This document shows positions 9,072 through 19,290 of a stretch of DNA of 64,000 bases, in pieces (position 1 is the stretch's first letter; every line of letters starts with the position of its first letter). The notes under the pieces are model-generated. The model saw nothing but the letters and a program-made list of their open reading frames with translations, was not told the DNA's origin and made no database searches. The translations under genes were made by a program, and so were the position numbers. Source of the DNA: Promethearchaeia archaeon (lineage in GTDB: Archaea; Asgardarchaeota; Lokiarchaeia; Sigyniarchaeales; SOKP01); the NCBI GenBank assembly GCA_029856145.1, contig JAHQWK010000024.1:1-64000 (forward strand). The letters are read 5' to 3'.

Positions 9072-9503
9072 ATGAATCTTATGTTATTTGGATCAAAAGA
9101 ATGGGTTGACGCTTTTAGGAAAGCAATTAATGAAAATGAAAATTATAGAGACGCTGCTGGACCAGAGGGTTTTCCTCCCGATGGATGGGAAGGTGATTTT
9201 CTTTTTGTTGTTGAACCCTCTGGGAATTTAGACCACGAAATTCGCATGTTTGTAGGGCTTTACCATGGAGAATGTACTGACTGTAGAATAGTAGAAGAAG
9301 GAGAAGAAGTAGATGTAGAATATGAATATGCTGGTCCTTACGATGCTTGGGTGCAAATCGTAAAAAAAGAATTAGATCCTATTCGTGCCTTACTAGCAGG
9401 AAAAACTAAACTAAAGGGGGATATGGCTAAAGTTTTAAAAGCTACCAGAGCAGCACAAGAACTTGTAGTTTCTAGCACGATGGTAGATACAGAATTCTAT
9501 TAA
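9072..9503 (+). CDS. SCP2 sterol/lipid-binding domain protein
   Basis: FGSKEWVDAF N-terminus and LDPIRALLAGKTKLKGDMAKVL C-terminal motif. Confidence 0.85.
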   Translation: MNLMLFGSKEWVDAFRKAINENENYRDAAGPEGFPPDGWEGDFLFVVEPSGNLDHEIRMFVGLYHGECTDCRIVEEGEEVDVEYEYAGPYDAWVQIVKKELDPIRALLAGKTKLKGDMAKVLKATRAAQELVVSSTMVDTEFY

Positions 9504-9568
9504 AAAAATATATATTTTTAATATTTTTTTTCTTTTAATTCAATCTTCAAACACACATAAAATTTAAG

Positions 9569-10378
9569 ATGGATATCAATACTAGTAATTTATTCGAATT
9601 AACACATAAACAAGTGTTTTTTTTTGACTTAGATGGAACTATCTATTTAGGAAATAAACTTTTTAAGGGAGTTCTTGAATTAATTGAAGTTTTAAGGACT
9701 AAAAAGAAAAAATTTTTCTTCCTTTCAAACAATTCGAGTAAATCAACCGAAGATTACATCAAAAAATTAAATAAATTTGACCTAAACATTACTCGAAATA
9801 ATCTTATTTTATCCCAACATCCTACCATAGAATACCTTAAAAAAAATGACTTTAAAAAAGTATTTTTATTAGGAACTCAATCTCTTAAAAACGAATTTAA
9901 GAAAGAGGGATTTGAATTAACTGAGGATAATCCTGAAATATTGGTCCTAGCATTTGATCAAGAATTAACTTATGAGCGATTAGAAAAAGCTGCTTATATC
10001 CTTCAGAAAGAGGAATTTCCATATATTGCTACTCATCTTGACAATAGATGCCCTACTGAGAATGGTTATATTCCAGATGCCGGAGGTATAGCTGCTCTTC
10101 TCTACAAAGCTACAGAAAGAATGCCAAAAGTGTTTGGTAAACCAAATAAAGAGATGCTTCTTTTTAAGTTAGATCAATTAAGTATTTCACCTAAAAATGC
10201 TGTAATGTTTGGAGACCGCCTTTATACTGATATAAAAATGGGAAGGGAGGCAGGAGTAACAACTTGTTGTGTATTATCTGGAGAAATAACAATAGAAATG
10301 ATAAAAAATAGCATTTTTAAACCCGATTTCATTATAAATGGAATTTGGGTGCTTTTAGACGAATTCAACAAGACATAA
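9569..10378 (+). CDS. HAD-IIA family hydrolase (NagD-like)
   Basis: FDLDGTIY, SNNS, GKPN and GDRLYTDI motifs. Confidence 0.9.
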   Translation: MDINTSNLFELTHKQVFFFDLDGTIYLGNKLFKGVLELIEVLRTKKKKFFFLSNNSSKSTEDYIKKLNKFDLNITRNNLILSQHPTIEYLKKNDFKKVFLLGTQSLKNEFKKEGFELTEDNPEILVLAFDQELTYERLEKAAYILQKEEFPYIATHLDNRCPTENGYIPDAGGIAALLYKATERMPKVFGKPNKEMLLFKLDQLSISPKNAVMFGDRLYTDIKMGREAGVTTCCVLSGEITIEMIKNSIFKPDFIINGIWVLLDEFNKT

Positions 10379-10544
10379 TTAAGAATTTCTGTTAATTATT
10401 TCTATTTTTCGAAAATTTTATTTCATTAAAGAAATTTCTAGAATAAAAAGTATTTTACAAGTCATCTACGTAAAATATAAAAATTAAAAGTGTTGTTTTT
10501 AACTTATCTAGTTTTGATGATTATAGATATGTTGGTATAGTAAC

Positions 10545-13238
10545 ATGACAACAACTGAAAACAAAAAATTTGTTTATGATTTTAGTGAAGGTAATAAAGA
10601 TCTGAAGAATTTACTAGGCGGAAAGGGCGCCAACCTAGCTGAAATGACTAAGTTAGGACTTAATATTCCCCCAGGTTTTACAATAACAACTGAAGCGTGT
10701 TTACTCTATTTTGGGAATCCTGAAAAAATAATGAAAGAAATTAAGCCTGTTGTGATGGAATATTTAAAAACGTTGGAAAAAAACACAGGAAAGAAATTCG
10801 GAGATGAACAGAATCCTTTATTAGTAAGTGTTAGATCTGGAGCCCCAATGAGTATGCCAGGGATGATGGATACCGTACTCAATCTGGGGCTAAATGATCA
10901 AAGCGTTTTAGGTTTAGCGGAACAAACAGAAAATCCTCGTTTTGCTTATGATTCTTATCGTAGATTCATTCAAATGGCTGGTGATGTAATCATGGGAATT
11001 GGTGACGAGAAATTCGAGAGGATTTTGGATAAATATAAAAGAGCTCTTGGTCGAAATGCTCAAGATACAGATTTGGGTGTAAATGAATTACAAAAAATAA
11101 TCGCTGATTATAAAGCATTATATGAAAAAGAAATTGGTGCACCATTTCCTCAAGATCCATATGAACAGCTTTTTCTTGCTATTGAAGCAGTCTTTAAATC
11201 ATGGAATACTAGGAGAGCTATCACATATCGAAAAATCAACAGCATTCCAGATTTCGGTACTGCTGTTAATATTCAAACAATGGTATTTGGAAACAAAGGT
11301 TGGAATTCTGCTACTGGAGTTGCTTTTACTAGAGACCCTTCAACAGGGGAAAATATAAAATTTGGTGAGTATTTAGCAAATGCCCAAGGAGAAGATGTTG
11401 TTGCGGGGATAAGAACTCCTAAAAAATTGGAAGAAATGAGTGAGGAATTTCCTAAGATACACAAGGAATTACTAAAAACGATGGAGAATTTGGAAAAACA
11501 TTATAGAGACATGCAAGATATTGAATTTACGATTGAAGATGGAAAATTAAATATTCTACAAACACGAAATGGGAAAAGAACACCTTCAGCAGCAGTTAAA
11601 ATAGCTGTTGATATGGTTAAAGAAGGTCTAATCTCAAAAGAAGAGGCAATAATGAGTATCGATCCAAAAAAGGTTGCTAAATTATTATTTAAAAGTATTG
11701 ATGAAAATTCAATTGTTCATGTTTTAGCTCATGGTATTAATGCTTCTCCAGGAGCGGTTTCTGGAATTGCTATCTTTGACTCTGACAGAGCGGAGGAATT
11801 AGTAAATCAAGGTGAAGAAGAAATTATCCTGGTACGCCCACAAACAAAACCTGAAGATGTACATGGGCTTTATGCTTCAAGTGGGGTCTTAACTCAATTT
11901 GGAGGAAAAACCTCACATGCAGCAGTAGTGGCTAGAGGAATGGGTAAACCTGCTGTCGTTGGTGCTCAAGATGTCGAAATCGATGAAGAAAATAAAGAAT
12001 TTAGAGTTGCTGAAATGGTTGTACAAGAAGGCGACTGGATAACCATTGATGGAACAACTGGACGTATTATTGAAGGAAAAGTTCCATTGGTTGAGCCTGA
12101 AATAAAAGGAGAGTTCCTTGAATTGTTAGAGATAGCAAATCAGATGAAGACATTAGGTGTAAGGGCTAACGCAGATACTCCTATTGATGCAAAAAAAGCT
12201 TTAGAATTCGGTGCCGAGGGAATTGGGCTTTGCAGAACAGAGCATATGTTCATGGCTCAAGAAAGATTGCCCGTTGTGCAGAATATGATAATGGCAAGAA
12301 CAACAGAAGAACGTCAAGATGCTCTTAATAAGATATTGCCAATGCAAAAAGGGGATTTTATGGAAATATTTAAAATCATGGAAGGAAAACCAGTAACCAT
12401 CAGGTTATTAGATCCTCCATTACATGAGTTTTTACCTGAGTTATCTACAATGTTATTAGAAAGTCAAGAGCTTAAAATGACAAACGCATTATCGAGATCA
12501 TTATTAGAAACAAGCCCGTTAGATGATGAAATTAAAAAAAAGAAAAAGGTTATCAGCCTAATCAGGTCACTCTCAGAGGAGAATCCCATGATGGGTTTAA
12601 GAGGTTGTAGATTAGGAATTGTATGGCCTGAAATCAATGAGATGCAAGTAAAGGCAATATTTCAGGCAGCTTGTGAACTGAAACTGAAAGGAATTGATGT
12701 TATACCAGAAGTAATGATTCCTCTTGTAGGGATGATATCTGAATTACAATTTGTTAAGTCACAGTTGATGGAAGTAGCTTTAGAAACGATTAAAAGTTAT
12801 AATGTAGATTTAGAATATAAGTTTGGAACAATGATAGAAATTCCCAGAGCTGCCTTAACAGCCGATGAAATTGCTAGTGAAGCGGAATTCTTTTCTTTTG
12901 GTACAAATGATTTAACTCAAATGACATTTGGGTTCTCTCGAGACGATGCTGAGGGAAAATTCATTCCAATCTACTTAAATAAAGAAATTATGGAAAATAA
13001 TCCCTTTGAGATACTAGACCAAAGTGGAGTAGGGAAATTAATGAAGATGGCGATAAAATTAGGTAAACAGACTCGCCCTGATTTGAAATTAGGAATCTGT
13101 GGAGAACATGGAGGTGAACCAAGCTCAATTAAATTTGCTCATTCCATTGGCTTAGATTATGTTTCCTGTTCCCCATTTAGAATCCCAGTTGCAAGAATAA
13201 CAGCAGCTCAAGCTGCATTAGAACAACAGCAAAAATAA
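10545..13238 (+). CDS. ppdK: Pyruvate, phosphate dikinase
   Basis: LLGGKGANLAEM, SMPGMMDTVLNLG, GGKTSHAAVVARG (phospho-His), GIGLCRTEHMF and FSFGTNDLTQ motifs. Confidence 0.97.
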   Translation: MTTTENKKFVYDFSEGNKDLKNLLGGKGANLAEMTKLGLNIPPGFTITTEACLLYFGNPEKIMKEIKPVVMEYLKTLEKNTGKKFGDEQNPLLVSVRSGAPMSMPGMMDTVLNLGLNDQSVLGLAEQTENPRFAYDSYRRFIQMAGDVIMGIGDEKFERILDKYKRALGRNAQDTDLGVNELQKIIADYKALYEKEIGAPFPQDPYEQLFLAIEAVFKSWNTRRAITYRKINSIPDFGTAVNIQTMVFGNKGWNSATGVAFTRDPSTGENIKFGEYLANAQGEDVVAGIRTPKKLEEMSEEFPKIHKELLKTMENLEKHYRDMQDIEFTIEDGKLNILQTRNGKRTPSAAVKIAVDMVKEGLISKEEAIMSIDPKKVAKLLFKSIDENSIVHVLAHGINASPGAVSGIAIFDSDRAEELVNQGEEEIILVRPQTKPEDVHGLYASSGVLTQFGGKTSHAAVVARGMGKPAVVGAQDVEIDEENKEFRVAEMVVQEGDWITIDGTTGRIIEGKVPLVEPEIKGEFLELLEIANQMKTLGVRANADTPIDAKKALEFGAEGIGLCRTEHMFMAQERLPVVQNMIMARTTEERQDALNKILPMQKGDFMEIFKIMEGKPVTIRLLDPPLHEFLPELSTMLLESQELKMTNALSRSLLETSPLDDEIKKKKKVISLIRSLSEENPMMGLRGCRLGIVWPEINEMQVKAIFQAACELKLKGIDVIPEVMIPLVGMISELQFVKSQLMEVALETIKSYNVDLEYKFGTMIEIPRAALTADEIASEAEFFSFGTNDLTQMTFGFSRDDAEGKFIPIYLNKEIMENNPFEILDQSGVGKLMKMAIKLGKQTRPDLKLGICGEHGGEPSSIKFAHSIGLDYVSCSPFRIPVARITAAQAALEQQQK

Positions 13239-13399
13239 GAAACTCTTTTTACTTTTATTTAGTTTACTATTTTTTATTTTCTTATCTCTTTAATATTATA
13301 GCAATTATATATTGAAAGCACCAATAACATAAAACAAATACCAATTAAAATATCATTTATCTTAAATTATAATTTAAATAATAGTATATTATAAGTATT

Positions 13400-13942
13400 G
13401 TGCTAACCAAGTTAAAACCTTCAGTAAAAGAAACACTTATAATTTATGGGAGTGGATTGATAATAACCATTCTTTCAGTAATTTTTTTCTTTATTAGAGG
13501 TTATCCTTTAGTTACTACTGCTACTGAAACATTAAATATTCATACTCCTCCATTGTACATGATTCCAATCTTTCTTCCTTATGGGATTTTAATAGGCGAG
13601 GTAATTTGGCTTTGGAATGAACAAAAAGAGAGACATACTTACATTTTACTGTTTATTGAATGCATAATCGTTGGTATATTTTCTTTCATTCGATATATTA
13701 TAAGCATTCCATTTAGCGGTCATGTAATTATATTACTTTTTTATTTATTTCATCAAGCAGTAAATAATAGATTTAACCATCCAATAAGATTTTTAATTGG
13801 AATAGTGGTTCTTGTTATAACAATTATCTTCAAAATTTATCTGTGGAACGATTCAATTACTTTTTTATTAGGTGTTTTATTAGGAATCACTCTATGGCTT
13901 CCAGGATTTATATATAGACTAAGAATATTTAGAAAAGAATAA
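13400..13942 (+). CDS. Hypothetical multi-pass membrane protein
   Basis: 180-aa ORF with about 5-6 hydrophobic segments and a PFSGH motif. Confidence 0.65.
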   Translation: MLTKLKPSVKETLIIYGSGLIITILSVIFFFIRGYPLVTTATETLNIHTPPLYMIPIFLPYGILIGEVIWLWNEQKERHTYILLFIECIIVGIFSFIRYIISIPFSGHVIILLFYLFHQAVNNRFNHPIRFLIGIVVLVITIIFKIYLWNDSITFLLGVLLGITLWLPGFIYRLRIFRKE

Positions 13943-14064
13943 TTTAAATTCACACCCTGAATACAGATATTGTTATCTACCATCAATTTCACTGGTTAAT
14001 GTGCATTTCTAAAATCCATAAAGGTTATATCAATCAAATAATTTACTAATTCATTATATATTTA

Positions 14065-15180
14065 GTGAGTGATGATATGTCTTTAACTTTAGATGAAAAA
14101 ATTACTTTATTAAAAGAAGTTGGGGAAGAAATAATTGATTTAGATGAATTAAGAGAACTGATCCAATGGAAAGTTGAACATAACAAAAAAATTTATGCTT
14201 ATGATGGATTTGAGCCCTCTGGAAATATACATATAGCTCAAGGTCTTTTACGAGCTATTAATGTAAACAAAATAACAAAAACAGGAATTCGATTCAAATT
14301 TCTAGTTGCTGATTGGCACGCAGCGGCAAATAAGAAATTTGGAGGTAATTTAGATGTTATAAAAAAAGTTGGAGATTTCTTCATAGAACTTTGGAAAGTA
14401 TGTGGAATGGATTTAAGTAAAATAGAATTTATTTATGCTTCAGATCTTGTAAAAGAAGATAAATATTGGGAATTAGTGCTCAAAATTGGAATAGAAACAA
14501 CTTTAAAAAGAGTAAAACGATGTACTCAAATAATGGGAAGAAGTGAATCTGATAAACTTTATGCCTCACAAATTCTATATCCATTGATGCAATGCGCTGA
14601 TATTTTTTATCTTCCCGCTGATATTTGCCAACTTGGTTTAGATCAAAGAAAGGTAAATATGTTGGCAAGAGAGGTTGCTAAAAAGCTAAATAAACCTAAA
14701 CCAGTTGCAATTCACCATCATATGTTAATGGGGTTATATAAACCGCCCTCTACAGATTTAACTGGTGTGGATAGGACAATACAAATTAAAATGTCCAAAT
14801 CTGATCCTGATTCATCAATATTTATGTTAGATTCTCCTGGTGATGTAAAACGTAAGCTAAATAAGGCATATTGTCCCCCTAAGCAGATTAAGGAAAATCC
14901 CGTTTTAGAATATTGTAAGTATATCATATTTGAACTTGTAGATATAGTTGAAATTGAACGACCTGAAAAATACGGTGGGAATATTAAATATACCTCTTTT
15001 GAGGAATTGAAAAAAGATTATGCCGAAGGTAAGTTGAATCCTCCTGACTTAAAACCTGCTGTAGTTAAATATATTAACCAATTTCTATCTCCTGTTATAA
15101 ACCATTTTGAAAATGACGATCACGCTAAAAAATTATATCAATTTGTTCAAAAAGAATATAGAAAATATAAAGAAATTTAA
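14065..15180 (+). CDS. tyrS: Tyrosyl-tRNA synthetase (archaeal/eukaryotic type)
   Basis: YDGFEPSGNIHIAQ (HIGH-like), YPLMQCADI, GLDQRK and KMSKS motifs. Confidence 0.95.
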   Translation: MSDDMSLTLDEKITLLKEVGEEIIDLDELRELIQWKVEHNKKIYAYDGFEPSGNIHIAQGLLRAINVNKITKTGIRFKFLVADWHAAANKKFGGNLDVIKKVGDFFIELWKVCGMDLSKIEFIYASDLVKEDKYWELVLKIGIETTLKRVKRCTQIMGRSESDKLYASQILYPLMQCADIFYLPADICQLGLDQRKVNMLAREVAKKLNKPKPVAIHHHMLMGLYKPPSTDLTGVDRTIQIKMSKSDPDSSIFMLDSPGDVKRKLNKAYCPPKQIKENPVLEYCKYIIFELVDIVEIERPEKYGGNIKYTSFEELKKDYAEGKLNPPDLKPAVVKYINQFLSPVINHFENDDHAKKLYQFVQKEYRKYKEI

Positions 15181-15208
15181 ATGAGAAGTCTAAGAAACTG
15201 GTATAACA

Positions 15209-16687
15209 TTGTCAAATAAAGAAATAATTGATTTGTTTTTAAACCCAAAATCTGTAGCTATAATTGGTGCGTCAAAAAATCTAACAAAAGGCGGACACCG
15301 CATTGTAGACAATCTTGTTACAAATAATTTTAAAGGGAAAATTTATCCTATAAATCCTAACTCCGAAGGAGACTTATTTGGTTTAGAATTCAAGAAATCC
15401 GTTTTAGATATCGAAGAAGAAGTAGATCTTGCTGTATTTTATGTTCCAAATCTAAAAATTCCAAGTATATTAGAAGAATGCATTCAAAAAGGAATTAAAG
15501 GTGCTATTATTGAAGCTTCTGGATTTGAAGAAGTAGGTGAGAAAGGACTTGAGTTACGAGACCAAATTCTCAAAATTACAGATAATTTTTCAAAAATCCG
15601 TATTTTAGGACCTAATTGTATGGGGCTTACTCGGATTGATGGAGATAGCGATTCAAAAGACATTAAAAAAGGTGGATTTTTCACTAGTTTTGCTGTCTTT
15701 CACAAATATAAGAGTGGAAATATTGCTATAATTAGTCAGTCGGGGATGTTGAATGGTGGATATTTGATGTATATGATGGAGAAATATCCAGATTTGGGTA
15801 TTAGATATTCCTGTTCAATTGGAAATAAAATGGATTTAAGCGAAATTGAATTTTTAGAATATTTTTTAGAAGACCCTTCGGTTAATGTTATTGCTATATA
15901 TCTTGAATCATTTAAGGATCCAAGAAAATTTATCGAATTGTGTAGGAAAACGAGAGAAAAACCTAACAAAGCAATAATTCTTGTCAAAGGAGGGTTAACT
16001 CCACAAGGTCAAAAAGCTACTTTAAGTCATACAGGTGCGTTAGCAGAGAACTCGCAATTAATTAACGCGATCATAATACAATCTGGTGTAATTCAGGCAA
16101 AAAACTTCCATGAACTATTTCAATTTGCCCGAACTTTTTCAATGATGTATACTGAAAATAAAATTATGCCAAAACAAGGGAATATTTCTTTAATTACTGG
16201 ATCAGGTGGGGCTGGTACAATAGTTGCCGATATTACTGCTGAGTATGGTTTGAAATTCCCTATTTTTGGAGATAAAATATATTATAAACTAGTAGAAATA
16301 TTTCCAGAATGGATGCCCCCAAATCGATTTGCGCTTGTAGATTTTTGGCCAGCAATGGAAAAGGCCATGATGAATAATATAAATCCCGGAGTGCTTATGA
16401 TTTCTGTCTATGAACTTTTATTAAATGATGAAAAAATAGAGGGGATACTTAATATGATGTTTTGCTCAAAACAATTTAGAAGTTTTACTAATTACAAACA
16501 AGTAGTTGAAAGTATCAATAATGCTTCTAAACCAATTTTTTTTTGGTTAATAGGTGAAGTTAAAGAAGTTCAACGAGTATCTCGATATATGGCTGACCAT
16601 AATATCCCTACATTTCCTAGTTTAGAAGATATGATTAAAAATTTCTGGATTCTAGTCCAAGATTCGAAAAATAAAAATTACAATTAA
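15209..16687 (+). CDS. ADP-forming acyl-CoA synthetase, alpha subunit
   Basis: PKSVAIIGAS, LGPNCMG, ISQSG, SIGNKMD, YLESF and SHTGAL (phospho-His) motifs. Confidence 0.88.
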   Translation: MSNKEIIDLFLNPKSVAIIGASKNLTKGGHRIVDNLVTNNFKGKIYPINPNSEGDLFGLEFKKSVLDIEEEVDLAVFYVPNLKIPSILEECIQKGIKGAIIEASGFEEVGEKGLELRDQILKITDNFSKIRILGPNCMGLTRIDGDSDSKDIKKGGFFTSFAVFHKYKSGNIAIISQSGMLNGGYLMYMMEKYPDLGIRYSCSIGNKMDLSEIEFLEYFLEDPSVNVIAIYLESFKDPRKFIELCRKTREKPNKAIILVKGGLTPQGQKATLSHTGALAENSQLINAIIIQSGVIQAKNFHELFQFARTFSMMYTENKIMPKQGNISLITGSGGAGTIVADITAEYGLKFPIFGDKIYYKLVEIFPEWMPPNRFALVDFWPAMEKAMMNNINPGVLMISVYELLLNDEKIEGILNMMFCSKQFRSFTNYKQVVESINNASKPIFFWLIGEVKEVQRVSRYMADHNIPTFPSLEDMIKNFWILVQDSKNKNYN

Positions 16688-16704
16688 ATTACAATTAAAA
16701 TATT

Positions 16705-17331
16705 ATGCGAATATTATGCATAGGAGATTCTCATGTGCCTATTCGTGCAAAAGACCTACCTACACAAATATATGAAAAAATTAATGAATTAACTCAAACA
16801 GAACTTTATGATTATACTTTTTTTACAGGGGATGTAGTTAACTTCCCAAAATTACTTGATTTTTTAAATCTGAAGACAAAGAGAACTCTTTTTAGAGTCA
16901 TAGGAAATATGGATTACTATTATGGAAATAGGGATTCGCCTAATTATCAAAAATTAGAAATTTCTTTTGAAGATAATGATAAAATTACATTAGGTTTAAC
17001 CCATGGAGCACAGATAAGACCTCGAGGAGATCACGGGCAATTGGAAAATCTAGCTATTGAAAAAGAATTTGCTATTTTAGTTTCAGGACACACTCATAAG
17101 GAAGAAATCTTTCTAACTAAAAAGGGAATATTACTTATAAATCCAGGTAGTATTACTGGTGCATGGTCATTTGTTGCTAGTGGTATTCCTTCTTTTATTG
17201 AATTATATATTGACGAAAAAATTAAAGCTATTATTATAAATCTCTTCCAAATTAATAAGCAAACAAGAGAAATTGTAGTTTCAGAATCCTATTTCATATT
17301 AAAAAATAACCAGATTTATAAAAAGGTTTAA
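16705..17331 (+). CDS. Vps29-like metallophosphoesterase
   Basis: IGDSHVP.R, GNMD, HGAQIRPRGD, SGHTH and INPGSITGAWS...PSF motifs. Confidence 0.8.
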   Translation: MRILCIGDSHVPIRAKDLPTQIYEKINELTQTELYDYTFFTGDVVNFPKLLDFLNLKTKRTLFRVIGNMDYYYGNRDSPNYQKLEISFEDNDKITLGLTHGAQIRPRGDHGQLENLAIEKEFAILVSGHTHKEEIFLTKKGILLINPGSITGAWSFVASGIPSFIELYIDEKIKAIIINLFQINKQTREIVVSESYFILKNNQIYKKV

Positions 17332-17351
17332 TTAATTTTTTAAAGATATAT

Positions 17352-17759
17352 TCAATCTAAGACGAGAATTTTCGAAAGCTTTAATAAAATTCCTAAGTTG
17401 CGTTTTCCAGTTGATCCTTTTAAGAATTTTAATTTCTTAAATCCATATTGATTCTTTTTGAGCACCATATTAAGAACTGAATTCTCCCCATTCACAAAAA
17501 ATATTAAATCTTCAGGAGCAGCTTTTAGTTCTAAATCATACTCATCCAATTTTCCCTTCCCTAAGGAATAATTTCCCTCATTAGCAACTAGATTTACCCA
17601 AAAATAATAATCCTCTTCAATTTGCAAACCAATAATTACTCTAGCGTTAAATTTATTTAACAATTTTTCATTCTTTGGATTCTCTCTCTTTTCTTTTATT
17701 ACACTTTCAATAGTTTGCTGAAAAGTGATGTATAGATTATCTTGTTCTAATTCTTCCAT
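17352..17759 (-). CDS. Probable SCP2-like lipid-binding fold protein
   Basis: Pattern GNYSLGKGKLDEYDLELKA.PEDLIFFVNGENS. Divergent from the ADH gene. Confidence 0.55.
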   Translation of the reverse strand: MEELEQDNLYITFQQTIESVIKEKRENPKNEKLLNKFNARVIIGLQIEEDYYFWVNLVANEGNYSLGKGKLDEYDLELKAAPEDLIFFVNGENSVLNMVLKKNQYGFKKLKFLKGSTGKRNLGILLKLSKILVLD

Positions 17760-17939
17760 ATTTTTACCAACTTTCCTAATATCCTAATTATTTTAAAATG
17801 AAACTTGTGTATTAGAAAATTATTAATTAAATTTTAATCTGAATATTAAATTTAATAAAAACCTAAGTATTATTATCAAATTAAAAAATTAATATAATTT
17901 CTTTAAATAAAGTAGAAAATATTAAGGTGAAAAATATAA

Positions 17940-19139
17940 ATGTGGCATTTTTATAGTCCTAATATAATATATGGTGATGGTGCATTAGATTTCATAGAAA
18001 AAATAAAAGGAGAAAAATGTTTTGTTGTTACAGATAAAGTTATTGAAGAATTAGGTTATCTGAAACTATTAACAGATAAACTTGATAAATATGGGAAAAA
18101 ATATGAAGTATTCAATGATACAGTTCCAGATCCTCATGAAGAGGATGTGATGAAAGGTAAAGAACGGTGTAATAAATATGGTCCTGATTTAATAATTGCT
18201 TTGGGTGGAGGTTCTGTGATAGATTCTGCCAAAGCACTCTGGGCTATGTATGAATATCCTGAATATACACTGAACAACATTGATCCCTTTAGTGATCAAC
18301 TGTATGATTTCGCTAATAAAGCAAAAATGGTTGCAATTCCAACTACTTCTGGAACTGGCGCAGAAGTAACATGGGCAGCAGTCATTTCTAGATTTGAAAA
18401 TGGTGTATGGAGAAAGATGTCGTTACCTCACATGTCATTAGTACCAACCTTTGCTATAGTAGATCCGATCTTTCCTAAGGGAATGCCTTCAAATTTAACG
18501 GTTAATACAGCAATTGATGCATTATCACATTCCATTGAAGCATATGTTTCAGCTTGGAGAAATGAATTTAGTGATGCTATGGCCTTGAAAGCAATTGAAC
18601 TTATTTTTAAATACTTACCAATTGCTTATAAGGATGGAGAAAATAAAGATGCAAGAGATTATTTACATCAAGCAGCAACTATGGCAGGATTAGCTTTTGG
18701 AAATTCGCAAGCTCATCTTGCACATGCAATGGGTCATAGTTGGGGGGGTGTCTTTCATACTCAACATGGTCAATCAGTAGGTCTTTTTCTCCAATATATT
18801 ACCCAATATTGTTTAAATGCGCCCGGTGAACCTAATGAATCAGTTAAATTATATTCAATTCTAGCAAAAAAGTTAGGATGGGCAAACTGGGATGATAATG
18901 ATAAGAAAGCTGCTTATCTAGTCGTTGATAAATTAAAAGAGCTTCAAAAGATAGTGAATTTTACTTCTAATCTTAAAGATTTAGGGATTTCTAAAAAAGA
19001 TTTTGAGAATAATTTAGATAAATTGATTAGTTTATTTTTCCAGGATCCTTCAGGAACTATGGCTCCTAGAATCCCAAATAAAGGAGATGTGAAACTTTTA
19101 TATCAATATGCTTATGATGGAAAGGACGTAGATTTCTAA
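17940..19139 (+). CDS. Iron-containing alcohol dehydrogenase
   Basis: ALGGGSVID.AK, PTTSGTGAEVT, DALSHSIEA and HAMGH...H motifs. Confidence 0.93.
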   Translation: MWHFYSPNIIYGDGALDFIEKIKGEKCFVVTDKVIEELGYLKLLTDKLDKYGKKYEVFNDTVPDPHEEDVMKGKERCNKYGPDLIIALGGGSVIDSAKALWAMYEYPEYTLNNIDPFSDQLYDFANKAKMVAIPTTSGTGAEVTWAAVISRFENGVWRKMSLPHMSLVPTFAIVDPIFPKGMPSNLTVNTAIDALSHSIEAYVSAWRNEFSDAMALKAIELIFKYLPIAYKDGENKDARDYLHQAATMAGLAFGNSQAHLAHAMGHSWGGVFHTQHGQSVGLFLQYITQYCLNAPGEPNESVKLYSILAKKLGWANWDDNDKKAAYLVVDKLKELQKIVNFTSNLKDLGISKKDFENNLDKLISLFFQDPSGTMAPRIPNKGDVKLLYQYAYDGKDVDF

Positions 19140-19290
19140 TTTAAAACCTTAATTTTTTTTTTTAAATTTCTTGACTACAAAATTTTGGCAAATTTCTAAA
19201 ATATTAAACATAAATATCATCAGATTATATTATTTTTTAAAGTATACTTGATAATATTTCTAGAATAACATTAAAACTAAAATACTAAAA

